Below are positions 1-13,312 of a DNA stretch of 64,000 nucleotides, one piece after another (the first letter of the stretch is position 1; the number at the start of each line of letters is the position of its first letter). Origin of the DNA: Chrysomallon squamiferum (lineage: Eukaryota > Animalia > Mollusca). Both the position numbers and the translations under genes were made by a program. The stretch is from NCBI GenBank assembly GCA_012295275.1, contig CM022666.1, positions 2,728,001 to 2,792,000 of the forward strand, read 5' to 3'. The notes beneath the pieces were generated by a model that was not told where the DNA came from, made no database searches, and saw only the letters and a list, made by a program, of their open reading frames with translations.

Positions 1-255
1 GATTTGGCAAAACCAAGCCACAAGAACTTTAATAACACTTCAAATTCTAAAAATATTTCTGTCCGTGTTATCTCCCTTCCCAATGAATGAGAAAGAGTTA
101 TCTCCCATCCCCATTAATAAAATAATTTGTTAAATGTTAATTAGAGATGTACTTACTGCTGCACACACTGAGTGTTTGAGAAGACAAAACATTCGTCTGT
201 CTCGATAAGAAATCCATGTTCTCTCAATGATAGATGCTGCCACTTGTTGCATTAA

Positions 256-286
<31 letters not shown>

Positions 287-838
287 GGTAATAACTTCTG
301 AAGTCTTTAAGTAATTAATCTGCAAAAAAATTCTTCAGTAACAAATGCTAAATACTTATAGGTCGACCAAAGCAATAAAAATAATAAATCTGAACATTAT
401 TTGTTTTTCTACTGTCAGTGTTTTTACATTTTTATCATGTGAAACAAGTGATTAAAACGGGTCCCATAATAAGGAATGGAATGTAATTTTCCATCTAAAT
501 AAAGAGTTAAAACAGAATTCAGATAAAGAGATGGACATGACAAATAAATTTCATCATAAAGAACAGAAAAAATGTATTGGCCATAAATAAAATAAAAAAA
601 CTGTTAATGATGATGATAATAATAATAATAATAACAACAATAACAATAACAACATTAAGAAGATAAATAAATAAATAATATCAAATTTTAAAAATATTTA
701 ATATTTGATGCAACTTGAAGGACTCATCCTGCTGTATTTGCCTATGACTGCTTAATATTTAATTTAATTACTGCCCTGATTAATGACTAAATGCATTTAA
801 AAAATAATAATAAACACAATAACAACAACAATAATGAT

Positions 839-892
<54 letters not shown>

Positions 893-966
893 AATAATAA
901 TCACCTTCATTAATTTAAAAAAACAGAAAAATCATCAGCATTATAATAATTTTATATATCACTCAC

Positions 967-1310
967 TCTCTCTGATTTCGTGCTCCTTGTCGCAGACTTC
1001 TTGTTGGAGACGGTGACAACGTCTTTTGACTTTGCCTGCTGGCTGGGGTAGGTTGAGGTTGTCTCATCATTGCCTGGCCCTCAAGGTTTCCAGAAAATCG
1101 GTCTGGGGTCATGTGACCTAAATTCTGAATGTAATTATCAGACAGCCTGTCCGGAGAGACACCTTCACGCCGATCGCTGCTAGCACTCGGCAATTTGACA
1201 TTAATAGACTGTCGACTGGTATGACCCACGCCATTTTGTTCATTTCGACTAGTTTCCTCTCTTGTTTCACGATGGCCCGACCCACTCTTTCTTGAATCTG
1301 AACGATCCAT
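967..1310 (-). CDS. First coding exon of an unidentified gene (disordered Ser/Arg/Gln-rich N-terminus, MDRSDSRKSGSG...RQGARNQR); continues beyond the window start
   Basis: Acceptor tttgctttactccag|G (exon starts 1336), in-frame TAA just before ATG at 1310, open frame to donor AGA|gtgagt at 966, GC much higher than flanks. No recognisable domain. Confidence 0.75.
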
Positions 1311-1589
1311 CACTTACAATTAGACTGTATGGATACCTGGAGTAAAGCAAATAAAAACATACATATCACGAAATAAATAAATAAATAAATAATACTGTAA
1401 CAACAACAATGAAAATTGCTTGTGAAACCAGTTTATGATCTGCATTAAACTAACTGATATACGTTTTATTTGATTCGCTACTTAATTACTTGCTATGTTG
1501 TTGTTGTTGGTTTTACACAAGAGCTCGGGGTGCGTATTTCACACTATCAATGTATCATACGATTCATAGTAATTAATGTAATTCACTGA

Positions 1590-2126
1590 AAATTAATTCT
1601 GACAGCCACTCAACAGTCGGTACGTTGATGCCAAATAAATCTCATTATTTTTCACAATATTTAACTGCTTATTATATAATGTACACTGTTCGTTACCTGT
1701 TGCAGTTGATTTATCAGTTGAATAGCAGACACAATTGTCGGAGACAAAATTACGTACCATGTGTAAAATGGTCTCCATCGTAAACAAACAGTTACTTCCG
1801 GATATCCTGGATAATAGTCTGTAATTACATATCTTATATATATTTTATTAGAAATTAAATAGCTACATATTTCGTTCACCTCCTCTAGAGGCTCGCATTT
1901 TATATTTATTTATAAACCATAAATGAGGATTAGTTACATAAATGACTTTCTGTTTAAGAAGTTACAATTATTGTTTCAAAAGCTATTCTGCACCGATATA
2001 TAGAAAATATACTATAATTTGTACATCCGGTACATGCGCAAATGAAACATACCTTAATGTATCGCGACGATATCTTCTGCAAGTTGACTGTTTACAAAAG
2101 TAAAGACAATATTATTTTGTTTTCAG
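1590..2126. promoter_or_regulatory. Probable bidirectional promoter / non-coding first exons shared by IFT80 and the minus-strand gene
   Basis: CpG-richer island between divergent start codons. Minus-strand donor CAG|gtaacg at 1696, ETS-like ACTTCCGG ~1794, X-box-like GTCTCCATCGTAAAC 1771-1785, plus-strand acceptor ttttgttttcag at 2126. Confidence 0.5.
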
Positions 2127-2135
2127 CATAAAAAG

Positions 2136-2172
2136 ATGAGGTTAAAAGTGACTTTACAGAAAGAACCAAAAC
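2136..2172 (+). CDS. IFT80: IFT80 coding exon 1 ([12 protein letters not shown])
   Basis: ATG 2136; ends at U12 donor ATATCCTTT. Confidence 0.92.
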
Positions 2173-5100
2173 ATATCCTTTATATAATTATTTTTATTGC
2201 CTAGAATTTGTTATATGATATCTGATGTCTTAATTTTTATTTTAGTATGAATATCGGTGTTGATCAACTTGTTATAGTTGATTGTTGGCAGGTGCTTGTC
2301 AGCTTGAGATGGTGTTTATTATTTTTAGCGGATACATTGTAAAACTTATTTTTATTTAATGAAATTTGCTTAAAAATTAGCAGATAAAACATTAATACTG
2401 ATACATAACAAATAACTGGAAACAAAAATTATTAATGAATGTAAATATAAATTGTACATAAATAAATGTTTAGTAATTGGTAATTTTTATTAAACTATAG
2501 TAATTAATAATTGATGTTAATTACACATCTGTCAGATACAATTAATATTGAATTGCTTCTTTTGTAACAACAGTCTGCAGGAATAAATAAAGAATGTTGT
2601 CATTGTACTTGTGATATAACTTACCTGTGAATCCTTTTTTCCAGAATATCTGTAGAACTGAGGTCTGCAGTTAATTACTAGTTAATGTCTTTTTTTTTGG
2701 GGGGGGGCTGAAATTTCTTGTATACTAATGGTTCAATTTTGAGAAATTTAAGTGTCATATAAATCTATACACATGTACACATATATGTATACACTTGACT
2801 TGTATATTTTGTCTTACATGTTGCACACTCTAATATTGCTTTTAACAATTTTTGACATTTAGGAACATTAAAAATAATAATAATAATAAAAAAATATATA
2901 TATATATTTTCAGAAATTTCTAACCTAATGATGGTGCAGTTTTGAGAAGTTTATCATACACACATACCTACATACATACATACCTACATACCTACATACT
3001 AACATACTTACATACTTACATACATACTTACATAGATATTTTTCTTAACTGTTTGCACATTCTGAACTTGTCAGTTGTGTGGGTTGGATATCTCCTGATG
3101 AACTTTATTCAGCAGCAGATGATCATGAGGTTCTGCGATGGAGTCTACTAAGTACCACAGAAACAACAAAGGTCATGACCCTTCCTAAAGACTGTTTTCC
3201 TACTGGACTGAACTGGCTTCCCAGGTCTATTTCAGGTGGATCAAAGAAAACTGGTTCAGACCTTTTTGTTCTCACGTCTACTGATGGTAAATGTATTATA
3301 TTTTTATTTTAAAGTGATGATTTGCAGTTTAGTTGTCAAGTTGAATGTTTATTAGACCAGCAACTTGATAGTCATAATATAATGTGAATGTGCTGAAAAA
3401 ACAAAGCTGATTTATTTATATAGTCTCTTATAGTAAATATGATAATACCTGATTATGATATTTCTTAAAATGATTAATCATTTAATTTGTTTTTATTAAT
3501 ATATATATATAATGTCAAATTAAAATGATTTATCCAGAGTTAATTAAAAATGTAATTTGTTTTTTAAATTTATACATACGATACATACACACACACATAC
3601 ATACATACATACATACATATATACGTATGTGCATATAAATCTATAATATTATATTTTAAGGCAAATTTCACTTAATAAACAAGACTGGGAGGGTAGAGAA
3701 AATAGTGGAGGCTCACAAAGGTGCTGTTTTGTGTGGGAGATGGAGTTCAGATGGAAGTGCACTTGTCACTGGTAAGAAATACCCCAAAAAGATACGTTTT
3801 TACTAAAGTCTGTAGAAAAATGTATAATGATTTCACGATTATTCCATTCCACTGCTTTAACAAAGGTCACAGCATCAGTTTTTACTATTTATCATGCTTT
3901 GGTAAGAGTTGTCTATAATGTTAAACATCAAATTTCCTCTGAATCTTTCATGTAATCATTATATATTGTACACAGAAACAATATGTCTGATGTGAAAATA
4001 ATAATAGTGTAGGGAGTTGAATCTATTATACTGTATTTAAAAAAAAAATCATTTGTTTATGTTTTGGATCTTTCTGAATTGTTAATTCTATCATCTAGCC
4101 TTAAAATAAATCTTGTTGTAATGTATAGCAGAATCTCATAATAAATGCCACAAAGTATAACATCTTATTGTAATGTGTAGCACAGTCTTATCATTGATGC
4201 CAAGAAGTATACTTTAGTTTTTATGTAGGGTGAAAAAGATTTTAAACTTTTTTAAAACTATTTTTTTAGGTGGTGAAGATGGACAAGTCAAAGTTTGGTC
4301 TCGTAGTGGCATGCTGCGTTCAACTCTAACACAGAACAGTAAGTTTAGTTTAAAATCTTAAACTTTTATCTTTATAATAATTATAATTGTTACTATTTTT
4401 GTTGTTGTCGTTATTACTATTATTATAATTTTTTTTTTTATTGTTGTTATTGTTAATTTACTATTACTTCTGTTAGTGTAATTTTATTATTATTACTGTT
4501 ACTGTTACTATTAGTGTTACTATAAGTGTTACTATTATATTATGTTATATTATATTATATTATTGTTATTATGATTTTTATTTTTATTTTCAGCACAGCC
4601 ATTATTGTAATCTTTAAAAAAATAATAATTTTATCTTTGGATAATGCTGCAATTTTTTGATACTCTAATTTCTGATACATATATTATTTTTCAAATTTCA
4701 TTGATATTTTTTTTTCAAAAGTGTATATTGTTATATTCAGAGGCATACCTACATACAAATACTGTCACACATAGAAGTGATATTGTTTATTTTTAATAAC
4801 ATTATTATTTTACACGTATTATTACTATGCTGTTATTTCAGTGCTATTTATTATTTTATTATTTTTCAAAATTGTATATTTTTTATATTCAGAGGAATAC
4901 CTACATGCAAACAAATTTAATTGTCACATGTTTCCAGTGATAAAACGTTCCAGTGATATTGTTTATTTAATTATATTATTATTTTACAGGTTTACCTGTG
5001 TACTCTGTATTCTGTCACACGTCACAGTGATATTGTTTATTTTTTAATTATATCATTATTTTACAGGTTTACCTGTGTACTCTGTATGTTGGGGTTCAGA

Positions 5101-5504
5101 CAGTGAACATATTTTGTTTACAAATGGGAAACAGTTAGTTATAAAATCTCTACAAGCCAATGCTAAGCCTTCCATGGTAAGTTTAATAACTGCATTGATA
5201 TATTTTACTTTTTCTCTTAAGAAAATTAATTTTCTTTTCTTTTTGTTATTCTGTACAGTAATATATTTATCTCTGTATTTGTTGTTTTTTTTTTTTTTAT
5301 TTTATTTTTTCTTGTGCTCTATGTTTCAGGTTTAATCTGTCTTTGAGTGTATTTCTGTTCATGTGATTGTATTATAATTTTATGTTTATGGATATTATTT
5401 TTTAAAACAGTTGTTTTTGTTCTGTTAATTATTTCACAAATAATCCTTCTTGTTTTTTTGTAGTTTTCATTTCTGACTTGTTTTCATAAATATAAATTAA
5501 TCTG

Positions 5505-5535
<31 letters not shown>

Positions 5536-8500
5536 TTGTAATTTGTATGATTTTACTATAATGTTTGACTTCATTACAGCAATATCTATTCATATTTCTT
5601 TCTTTCTTTCATTCATTCTTTTTTCTTTTATTTATTTATTTATTTATTTATTTATTCTTTCCATTATAACTTGTACTATTTTATTGACACATTAATTCTA
5701 ATACATTTTGTGTCTGTTCAGTGGAAAGCTCATGAAGGAATTATTCTTGTTGTTGACTGGAATCCTGTAAACAATTTGATTTTGTCTGGAGGAGAAGACT
5801 GCAAATACAAGGTACCAGAAAAAATAATATCAAAAATTCTTTAGTATCAAACCAATTTATATTTGCCGTAATAGATAATATCATTCACAATTTAAATTTT
5901 TAAAATTTTTAAATGTAATTATTTTTATATGATAAAGTATTTTAAAATATAGTACATGTGATCATTAATGTTTCAGTATTATTCTGTTCCCATGTTTGAA
6001 ATGATAACACAAATCATAGAGTCTCTAGTTAATTCTATGATGGAAATCACTTTTTTTTTTTCCCACTAGATTTGGGATACATATGGTAGACAGATGTACA
6101 GCAGTGCTGCACATGATTATCCTATCACATCAGCTGCATGGACTCCAGATGGAGAAATGTTTGCTGTGGGATCATTTAACACATTACGTCTGTGTGACAG
6201 GAGTGGGGTATGATAAGTTTCTGTATTTCACACAAGAACGTTTAAGCCTTAATATATGTTTAATAAAAGGAATATCATTTACTCAGTGTTGCAAGAATTT
6301 CAAACTGACCAGACTGTAAAGTTATAAAACTATAAAAAAATACAAATATGAAATCCTAAAATATATATTGATTATTCTGGAAGCAGAAATTTTCAAAAAG
6401 AAATATATTTGAATATTTATATTATGTAAAATAGTTGTTTTAATTATAAAATTTATTCCAGATATCACAAAATGTTTATAAAATGTGATAAAAAAAAAAG
6501 AACAAAAAAGAAATTAAAATTAAATATAAATATTACTTTAAAAAGAATTGTTTTCGTATTAACATATAAACAGAATACAAAACGAGAACATAAAAGATTT
6601 CAAAACGTATATTTTACGTAAACACTAAATTCACTTTTAACGGATGCAGGCACTATTGATTTGACAAGTGCCTTCAAGACACCTTAAATTTTAAACTACT
6701 TCAGTGCGACTTGAAATTAAAAAAATAGCTGTGTCAACTGTCTTCATTTCATTGCAGTGGTCATATGCTTTAGAAAAACCAAACATAGGCAGTGTGTTCT
6801 GTCTGTCGTGGTCGAGTGATGGCACCCAAGTTGCAGGAGCTTGTGGGAATGGTCAGGTGCTAATAGGAAATGTTATAGAAAGGTAAAGTAACAGGAACAA
6901 CTTAATTTAAAAAAAAAATCAGAAATCTTAGACACTTAATTGATTTATAAGCTGATGAAAACATAATATGTTTTAAGAAATCATTTTTATTTTTTGGTTA
7001 TTAATTTCTGTGCTTGAGAAATATTTTTTGAGCGTCTGTTTAATGGATTTAAAAAATAATCTTAATGGTGAAATGTTTTGAGAAAATGTGAGCATGTCAT
7101 GAAACCATCCAGTATTTAACATTAACAGATAAAAAGCATATTTCTTGAAGGATATGTAGAAAAGGCAAAGCTTTGGCATTTAAAATTCTAGTATTTATTT
7201 TATCAAGTTACAAACTGTTACGAATAACAGTATCATTACTAAAAAAAAAATTCTCTTTTATGCTATCACTAAATATTCACTAACTAAACATTCCACTAAA
7301 TAAATAAATCTTTTTATATATCTTACAGACTATTACTATGAATCTACTACATCTAATTGATATTAATATTTACAAATTATTCTCATTTCTCAGACGTTTG
7401 GAATGGAAAAACTTTGAAGCTATAGTCATGGCAAGCAAACAGATTAAGATTCGTAACGTGCTCAATGATGCCATCGACAAACTGGATTTTCGAGACCGAG
7501 TCATCAAATTGTCTCTAGCATTTGGCCATCTTGTTGTGGCAACGTCATGTCAGTGCTACATATACAGCACTCGCAACTGGAACACCCCGATGATCTTTGA
7601 CCTGAAAGAAGGGAACGTAACTCTGATTAAACAGGCTGAGAAGTAAGCATATTTCGTATGATATTAAATTATATAATCATTTGTTTTTTATGTAAGAGTT
7701 AAATGATATCTAAAAATGTTTTCTTATTTCTTTTCTTTTTTTAAAATGTTAAAATAATTACAAAAATGGCCAAATATATTTGTGACATTTTTAATTAAAA
7801 GTTAAAAAAAATATTTGCTTTTTTTATCTATGTTAAAAATTATTATAAAAAAGAAAGTATAAATTTTTCATATTGACTATTTCATTTTAATTTATATCAT
7901 CATCATTAAGTATTAATGATTTTTTTCTGATTAAATTAATATAATATATGAACCTTTTTAAAACCTTTTTTTTTACGTTTTGTAAACATTTTGTGATATC
8001 TGGAATAGATTTTATAATCAAAATAACTATTTTACATAATATAAATATTCAGATAAATATTTTTATTTTTAAATTTATTTTATCTTCAGACATTTCTTAC
8101 TGGTTGATGGAAGTGGTGTGTATGTGTATTCCTATGATAGTCGACTTGTTTGCTCACCTCGACATCAGGGGATGAAAGCAGACGCAATCAACATGCAGAC
8201 TATATCCATTTCTAATGACACTGTAGCCATCAGAGACAAAACAGATGAAAAACGTAAGTTTTATCTGAACAATAAAACACAAGTTGTAATCTCAAGCTAG
8301 CAGATTAAACACATATACTTGAATTAATTCGAGGCATGTTCTCTCAACTGTAAAAATTCTGTTTAAGAATATTTTAAAACATCTTTTGAGTAACATATCA
8401 GATTAATGAATACTATATGTATGTTGTGTTATTTTTATGTATTCATTCTTTGTGTTTACCCATATTGTAAACATCTGTTTATTAAAGTAACAGGTTTGAA

Positions 8501-10520
8501 TCCAGATTAATGTCATGTAAACAATTTTTTATATGTGATTTAGACCCAGTAATTCTTATCTTTATAGTATGTTTTGTCTTCAGTGAGAGATCATCTCTCT
8601 TTTTTTTATATAGTCCTTATATTTAGTTTTGTCATAAAGAACTAATTTTTATGCCATTGTTGTTACTGATATAACTGTATTGTTGTTACAGATTCTGATA
8701 TGTTTGTTTATGTTTAATAAACTGTTGCTGTTGTTAAAACACAGATTTGTCAAATGTATCTGTTCTGTTTATTTCAGTTGTTTATGTGTTTGATGCACAA
8801 ACTGGCAAAAGTATGGGTGATGGGAAACCAATTGTACACAAGGTAGATAACTCTTTTAACAGTTTACCTGTCCAGACAGAAGTTTATTAACTAATTATTT
8901 TATTTTTAATATTTAATTGGAAATGCAGGAAATAACACTTGGGTTTTATTTATTTAGCAGATAGAACATTATATTTTTTTTCAATATTTTCAGATCATTT
9001 CATTTAATTAAATTTGTCATTACTTTTTATCATACTTTATTATTAATTTTTTTTATTAATTTCTAGCTGTTTTAATATTATATTTCTCTAATTTATTCTA
9101 TTAATATTAGCATTAAATATATTAATAATCTAGCTGTTACACATATCTAATTTATTCTAGTAAGATTAGCATTAACTGTATTAATTTCTAGCTGTTTTAA
9201 TATTTTATACATCAAATTTATTTTATTAATTTAAGCATCAAATATATTCATTTCTTTCTGTTTTAATATTATATGTGTAATTAATTCTAGTAATATTAGC
9301 ATTAACTGTATTAATTTCTAGCTGTTTTAATATTATATACATCAAATTTATTTGATTAATTTAGGCATCAAATATATTCATTTCTTTCTGTTTTAATATA
9401 TATGTATTTATTCTAGTAATATTATTACTTTATACAGCTGTTTTCACATTTTATTTTATTTTTAATTTAAGCATCAAATATATTCATTTCTTTCTGTTTC
9501 AATATTATATATGTGTAATTTATTCTAGTAATATTAAATATTTCTGATTTTAGCTTGGAAGTGATGGAAGTAGCTCTGGACCAGTTTGGACCTGCGACTG
9601 AGAGACGAATTGCGATAGTTGACAAAAACCACGATCTCCATCTGACATCTGTACGCATTTTTGGAACAGAAAGGAAAACAGTTAAATTAGGTTGGATTTG
9701 TTGTTATTGTTTTTTTATTTGTTTTTTCATTAGATTTGTATAGTTAAAGCTGGCCTATATTTTTTCCAGTTATCTCGAAATGTAAAATTTTTTTTGTGTG
9801 ATTTTTTAGCATACAAAATATATTAATGAAAATAAAATAAAAGATGAACACAATATTTTATAATTTATATTTTAACTAAAAGAACAAATTTTAATTTTTA
9901 TTTTTATTTTTAATATTCTGATTTATATTTTACTATTTTTCTGTATTTTTTATATTTTGCTTTCCATTTCATTATTTTTAATATTCTGCCTTATATTTAA
10001 TTCTGTTTTTAATATTCTACTTTATATATCATTCTGCTTTATATTTTTGATATTCTGCTTTTTACATTATTTTTATTATTCTGATTTTTTTTCTATTTTT
10101 AATATTCTAATTTTATCTCACTATTTTTAATATTCTGATTTTATCACACTATTTTCAATATTCTGATTTTTATCTCACTATTTTTAATATTCTGATTTTT
10201 ATCTCACTATTTTTAATATTCTGATTTTTATCTCACTATTTTTAATCTGATTTTTTCTCACTATTTTTTAATATGATTTTATCTCACTATTTTTAATATT
10301 CTGATTTTTATCTCACTATTTTTAATAATCTGATTTTTATCTCACTATTCTGTGTTTTTCAAGGGACAATGATTCAGTCAGTTGTATGGAACGACTCTAC
10401 AAACATGTTGGCTGCCATTACAGACGGAAAACTTCTTGTGTGGTTCTATCCTAATTCAGCGTGGGTAGACAGAGATCTCCTTCATAAAACCCTTATTGAG
10501 AAAGATACAAGGTGAAAAAC

Positions 10521-10551
<31 letters not shown>

Positions 10552-11170
10552 ATTTATATATTAGTTTATCTGAATAGTTTAAAATTAATAATAACAATAA
10601 TTCTTGTTATGGAATTATAGTAAAGATAATAATTTAAGTGATATAATAATATAGCAGTATAAGGATGTAGTGTAGAGTAATGTAATATTATGTTATGTTA
10701 CATGTGTGGTTTGCTATGCTATGCTATGCTATGCTATATTTTACATAATATATGCAACATAGAATACAATGGAATACAATAAGTAATGTAATATGCCATA
10801 CTGTGGAATACAATATGATATAATGATATATAACATGTAATGTAATGTAATGTAATGTAATGTAATACGCCATGCAATATAGTATTTAAATTTAAAATAG
10901 ATTACTATTATGTTAGTTTTTAAATTTTGTTAAAAACCTCATATTTAATTACAAAAATATTATATTAGAAGTAAATTTTAGGATTTTTTTCTAATTATTA
11001 AATGAATTATTTTATTATAAAACCTTTGTACTGAAATTTTAAAATCAAAATAAATATATTATGTTCACTTTTTATTTTCCATACTGTTATTTCATTTTTG
11101 AAAATATTTATTACACAAGTATATTTATTCATTATTTATTTATTTATTCTTTTGAAATTACTAAATTTAA

Positions 11171-11233
<63 letters not shown>

Positions 11234-11264
11234 TAATAATAATAATGATAATAATAATAATATC

Positions 11265-11299
<35 letters not shown>

Positions 11300-13267
11300 G
11301 AACAATAATAATGATAATAACAACAGTAATAATAAATTTATACTTTAGTGAGTTTGGTAAAAACCCACAACTTCAAGACTTCATTGGAAATCACCTGATT
11401 CTGCGTCGATGCGAGGGGTCAAGGATCAGCACAATGATATCTCCGTATCCCAGCATCCTTCACGGCTACGTTAATGGTGGCAGGTGGCCTGATGCTCTCA
11501 GACTGTGTCGATTTGTCAAGGTAATTCACAGTTAGTCTTACAAATAAATTTATATTTTTAATAATTATTTTTTTCTAGTTTAAATTTAAAATCGAAACAG
11601 TATATAAAAAAAAAAAATGAATATTACAGATTTATAGAGAGACAGACTTAGAGTCAGATAGATATAGATAGGTTGATGTTTATGAGGTTGATAGATAGAT
11701 AGATAGATAGATAGATACAGATAGGTTGATGTTTATGAGGTTGATAGATAGATAGATGGATACAGATAGGTTATGTATAGAGGTTGATAGATAGATAGAT
11801 GGATAGATAGATACAGATAGGTTGATGTATAGAATAGATAGAAGACTGATAGATGGATAGATACTTTTTTAGATTGGATAGACACAGTAAAATAGATGGA
11901 TGGATATAAAACATTAAAGTTATACTTTAATTTCTTTTTCTTTCTTTTTTTGTATTTTATTTTATCTTAATTTTTTTTCTAGGAAGACACCTTATGGGCT
12001 TGCTTGGCTGCCATGGCAACATATGCAAAAGAGCTGACAACAGCTGAAGTGGCTTATGCAGCAATTAAAGAGGTTAGTTTCAAAATCTTAAATACAGACT
12101 TAATGACATGCTTTGTTAATTTTGTCATCATAAACTTGTTTTATTGTGAAAAATTCAGTATTTCTGAAATGGTGTTCTGCCAATGAAATCCACTATATTT
12201 TTTCATCAGCAAAAAGATATCTTTCATTTGAATTTACCAGTAAACAGGAGAACTGTTGATTTTCATCACAGGGGCTAATGCAGGCCTAACTGCCAAAGGC
12301 TAAAAAGCTTTTTTAAGCAATTGGTTTTACAACTGGAACTTCTAACTAGTAACAGTAGATTATAGTCATTGTTTTAAGTTGTAAACAAAGAAAAAAAAAA
12401 TGGTCTTTTTATTTATTTATTTATTTCATATTTTTAAATTAAATTATTTATTTATTTTTTGTTGTTCTTCTTGTTGTTTTGTACTCTATGCAAAAATTAA
12501 AATGTTAACATGCAGAATCTGTTAGGACTGCTGTTAAATTAAAGTTCTTAATAAAGCTAAGTGATGTTCTTTCAATTTTTTTTTTTTTTATAACTGATGA
12601 TAGAACATTTATTGTGTTTCATGATATTGTATTTATAACTTTTAGCAAAGGATTCATATTTATAAATTAAAATAGAATTTTATCACGAATTATTCACAAT
12701 TCATCACTTGATCTCTACTGACATTTTATTAATATTTTCTTAATTATTATTATTATTTTTTATTTATTTTTTGTTTTTTTAAATTACTTTTTTTTTCTTT
12801 TTTGAAGAAAACCAGATATCTATTATTTTAATAGTGCTTAAGTTTGAAGACTCATTCTTTGTAGGTTTTTATAATGGAAGCCATTTTTTAATATGATACT
12901 GAATTATTTAGGGAAAATTTTATGAAGAGAGAGAAAGAAAAAAAAAAAAACAGATAATAATATATACATACAAAAACAAAATAGAAACACTGTCAATATA
13001 GAAAATATTCCTATAAATTATATATTTTAAATTATTGTGTGCTTAAACAAATTGCTTCATACTAATAGTTGGCTAAGCAAATAAGTGTCTTTCTAAGTAT
13101 GTGGTTAACATTTTTATAAACCACATTTCATCTTCCCTAAATTGAGACAAGAAAATCCATAGTGCCCAACTTGATAATCCATTAAAAGCTGACAGAAGTG
13201 GATTGTTTCTTACTAGTCTGCTAATTATTATTTCACCACTTCTAATATTACTTGGAAAGAAGTTATT

Positions 13268-13312
<45 letters not shown>

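Noticed and set aside
477-486. miR-1-like TGGAATGTAA
   Set aside because: Only the seed region matches and there is no convincing precursor hairpin.
967-1310. Calling the left gene SMC4 by vertebrate synteny
   Set aside because: No SMC head or Walker A sequence is visible in this exon.
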